Source: Chrysomallon squamiferum
Taxonomy: Eukaryota > Animalia > Mollusca
Direction of reading: 5' to 3'
Assembly: GCA_012295275.1 (NCBI GenBank)
Contig: CM022667.1
Location: 3,348,001-3,412,000, forward strand
Length of the DNA stretch: 64,000 nucleotides
Both the position numbers and the translations under genes were made by a program. Below, piece after piece: positions 55,941 through 64,000 of the stretch. The notes below the pieces were generated by a model. That model ran no database searches, was not told the DNA's origin, and was given only the letters and a program-made list of their open reading frames with translations. Each line of letters opens with the position of its first letter. The first letter of the stretch is position 1.

Positions 55941-56342
55941 AGATAGATAGATAGATAGACAGATAGATAGATTTGTTAAAGATAGACAGACTCACAGTTA
56001 GACAGTAATTGTAAATTCTTAATATACTGACGATAAAAATATTCACTAAAACGTTTCTGCTGCCATCACGAATTACAAGTTATAATAATAATTTTGTGTA
56101 TTAATTCCAATTCCCGCAGCAAAGTAAGAATAAAAGACACAGAAATGAAATGTATTGATCCCGTTAGATTTGCATAACCAAATGAACGCATGGAAATTTG
56201 TTTATCGTGTGAAATACTGTTACATTACGACTGATCAAATGTCAAAACACGATTTGTTATTATAATCGTTACTATTCTTTTTTACAAACGTCTTCACAAC
56301 GATCTTAGTCTTCTTCATCATCATCATTATATAACTTTGCTG

Positions 56343-56646
56343 TTATTATTATCATTAATATTATTAAATGAATTTCCCAAGAAATATTTAATGTTTTTGT
56401 TAATACTATTACTATTACTGCCTACTGTTAAATACTTTAATGTTATTATTATCATTATTAAATGAATTTCCCAAGAAATATTTAATGTTTTTGTTAATAC
56501 TATTACTATTACTGCTTATACTGTTACTACTACTACTACTACTGCCAAGATTATTATTATTATTATTTAATGAATTTCTGAAGAAATATTTTAAATGTTT
56601 TGTAAATACTATTACTATTACTGCTTCTACTACTATTACTACTACC

Positions 56647-56685
<39 letters not shown>

Positions 56686-56700
56686 TACAATAACGATATT
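56343..56700. repeat. ~95-110-bp tandem repeat (3 copies) interleaved with TTA/CTA microsatellite
   Basis: attaaatgaatttcccaagaaatatttaatgtttttgttaatactattactattactgc is repeated near 56363, 56457 and 56565. Confidence 0.85.
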
Positions 56701-56819
56701 CAGAGAATTTTTGTAACGACGTATAAACGACCCAACAGGCACACCATGTCTGTTTTAGAAGCATCTCTCAAAAAATAAACAAACAAAAAACACTTTTAGA
56801 ACTTTTTTCGAGTATACCA

Positions 56820-64000
<7,181 letters not shown>

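Overview
This is very AT-rich, microsatellite-rich animal genomic DNA with short GT-AG introns. It is probably a mollusc (a weak guess from repeat tails). I reconstructed five spliced genes by hand: ITFG1/LINKIN (+, 5425-13866, with two broken internal exons), CFAP20 (-, 16215-18936), an unannotated 13-exon 477-aa protein (+, 22568-30119), PSMD7/Rpn8 (-, 34886-38025) and a 373-aa coiled-coil protein (+, 39236-43440). The main result is the 477-aa protein. It carries the nucleotidyltransferase motifs of ATP-dependent RNA ligases in order, in a fungal Trl1-like context, but has no kinase or cyclic phosphodiesterase module. It is therefore a candidate stand-alone 'sealing' RNA ligase in an animal. 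A second recurring signal is tandem arrays anchored on exon-intron junctions that multiply a splice donor or acceptor up to about 16 times (three large arrays in the ligase gene, several in ITFG1). The right third of the window has no convincing coding exons. It holds enhancer-like CpG-containing islands (46-54.5 kb) and a probable long 3' UTR of a minus-strand gene entering from the right edge.
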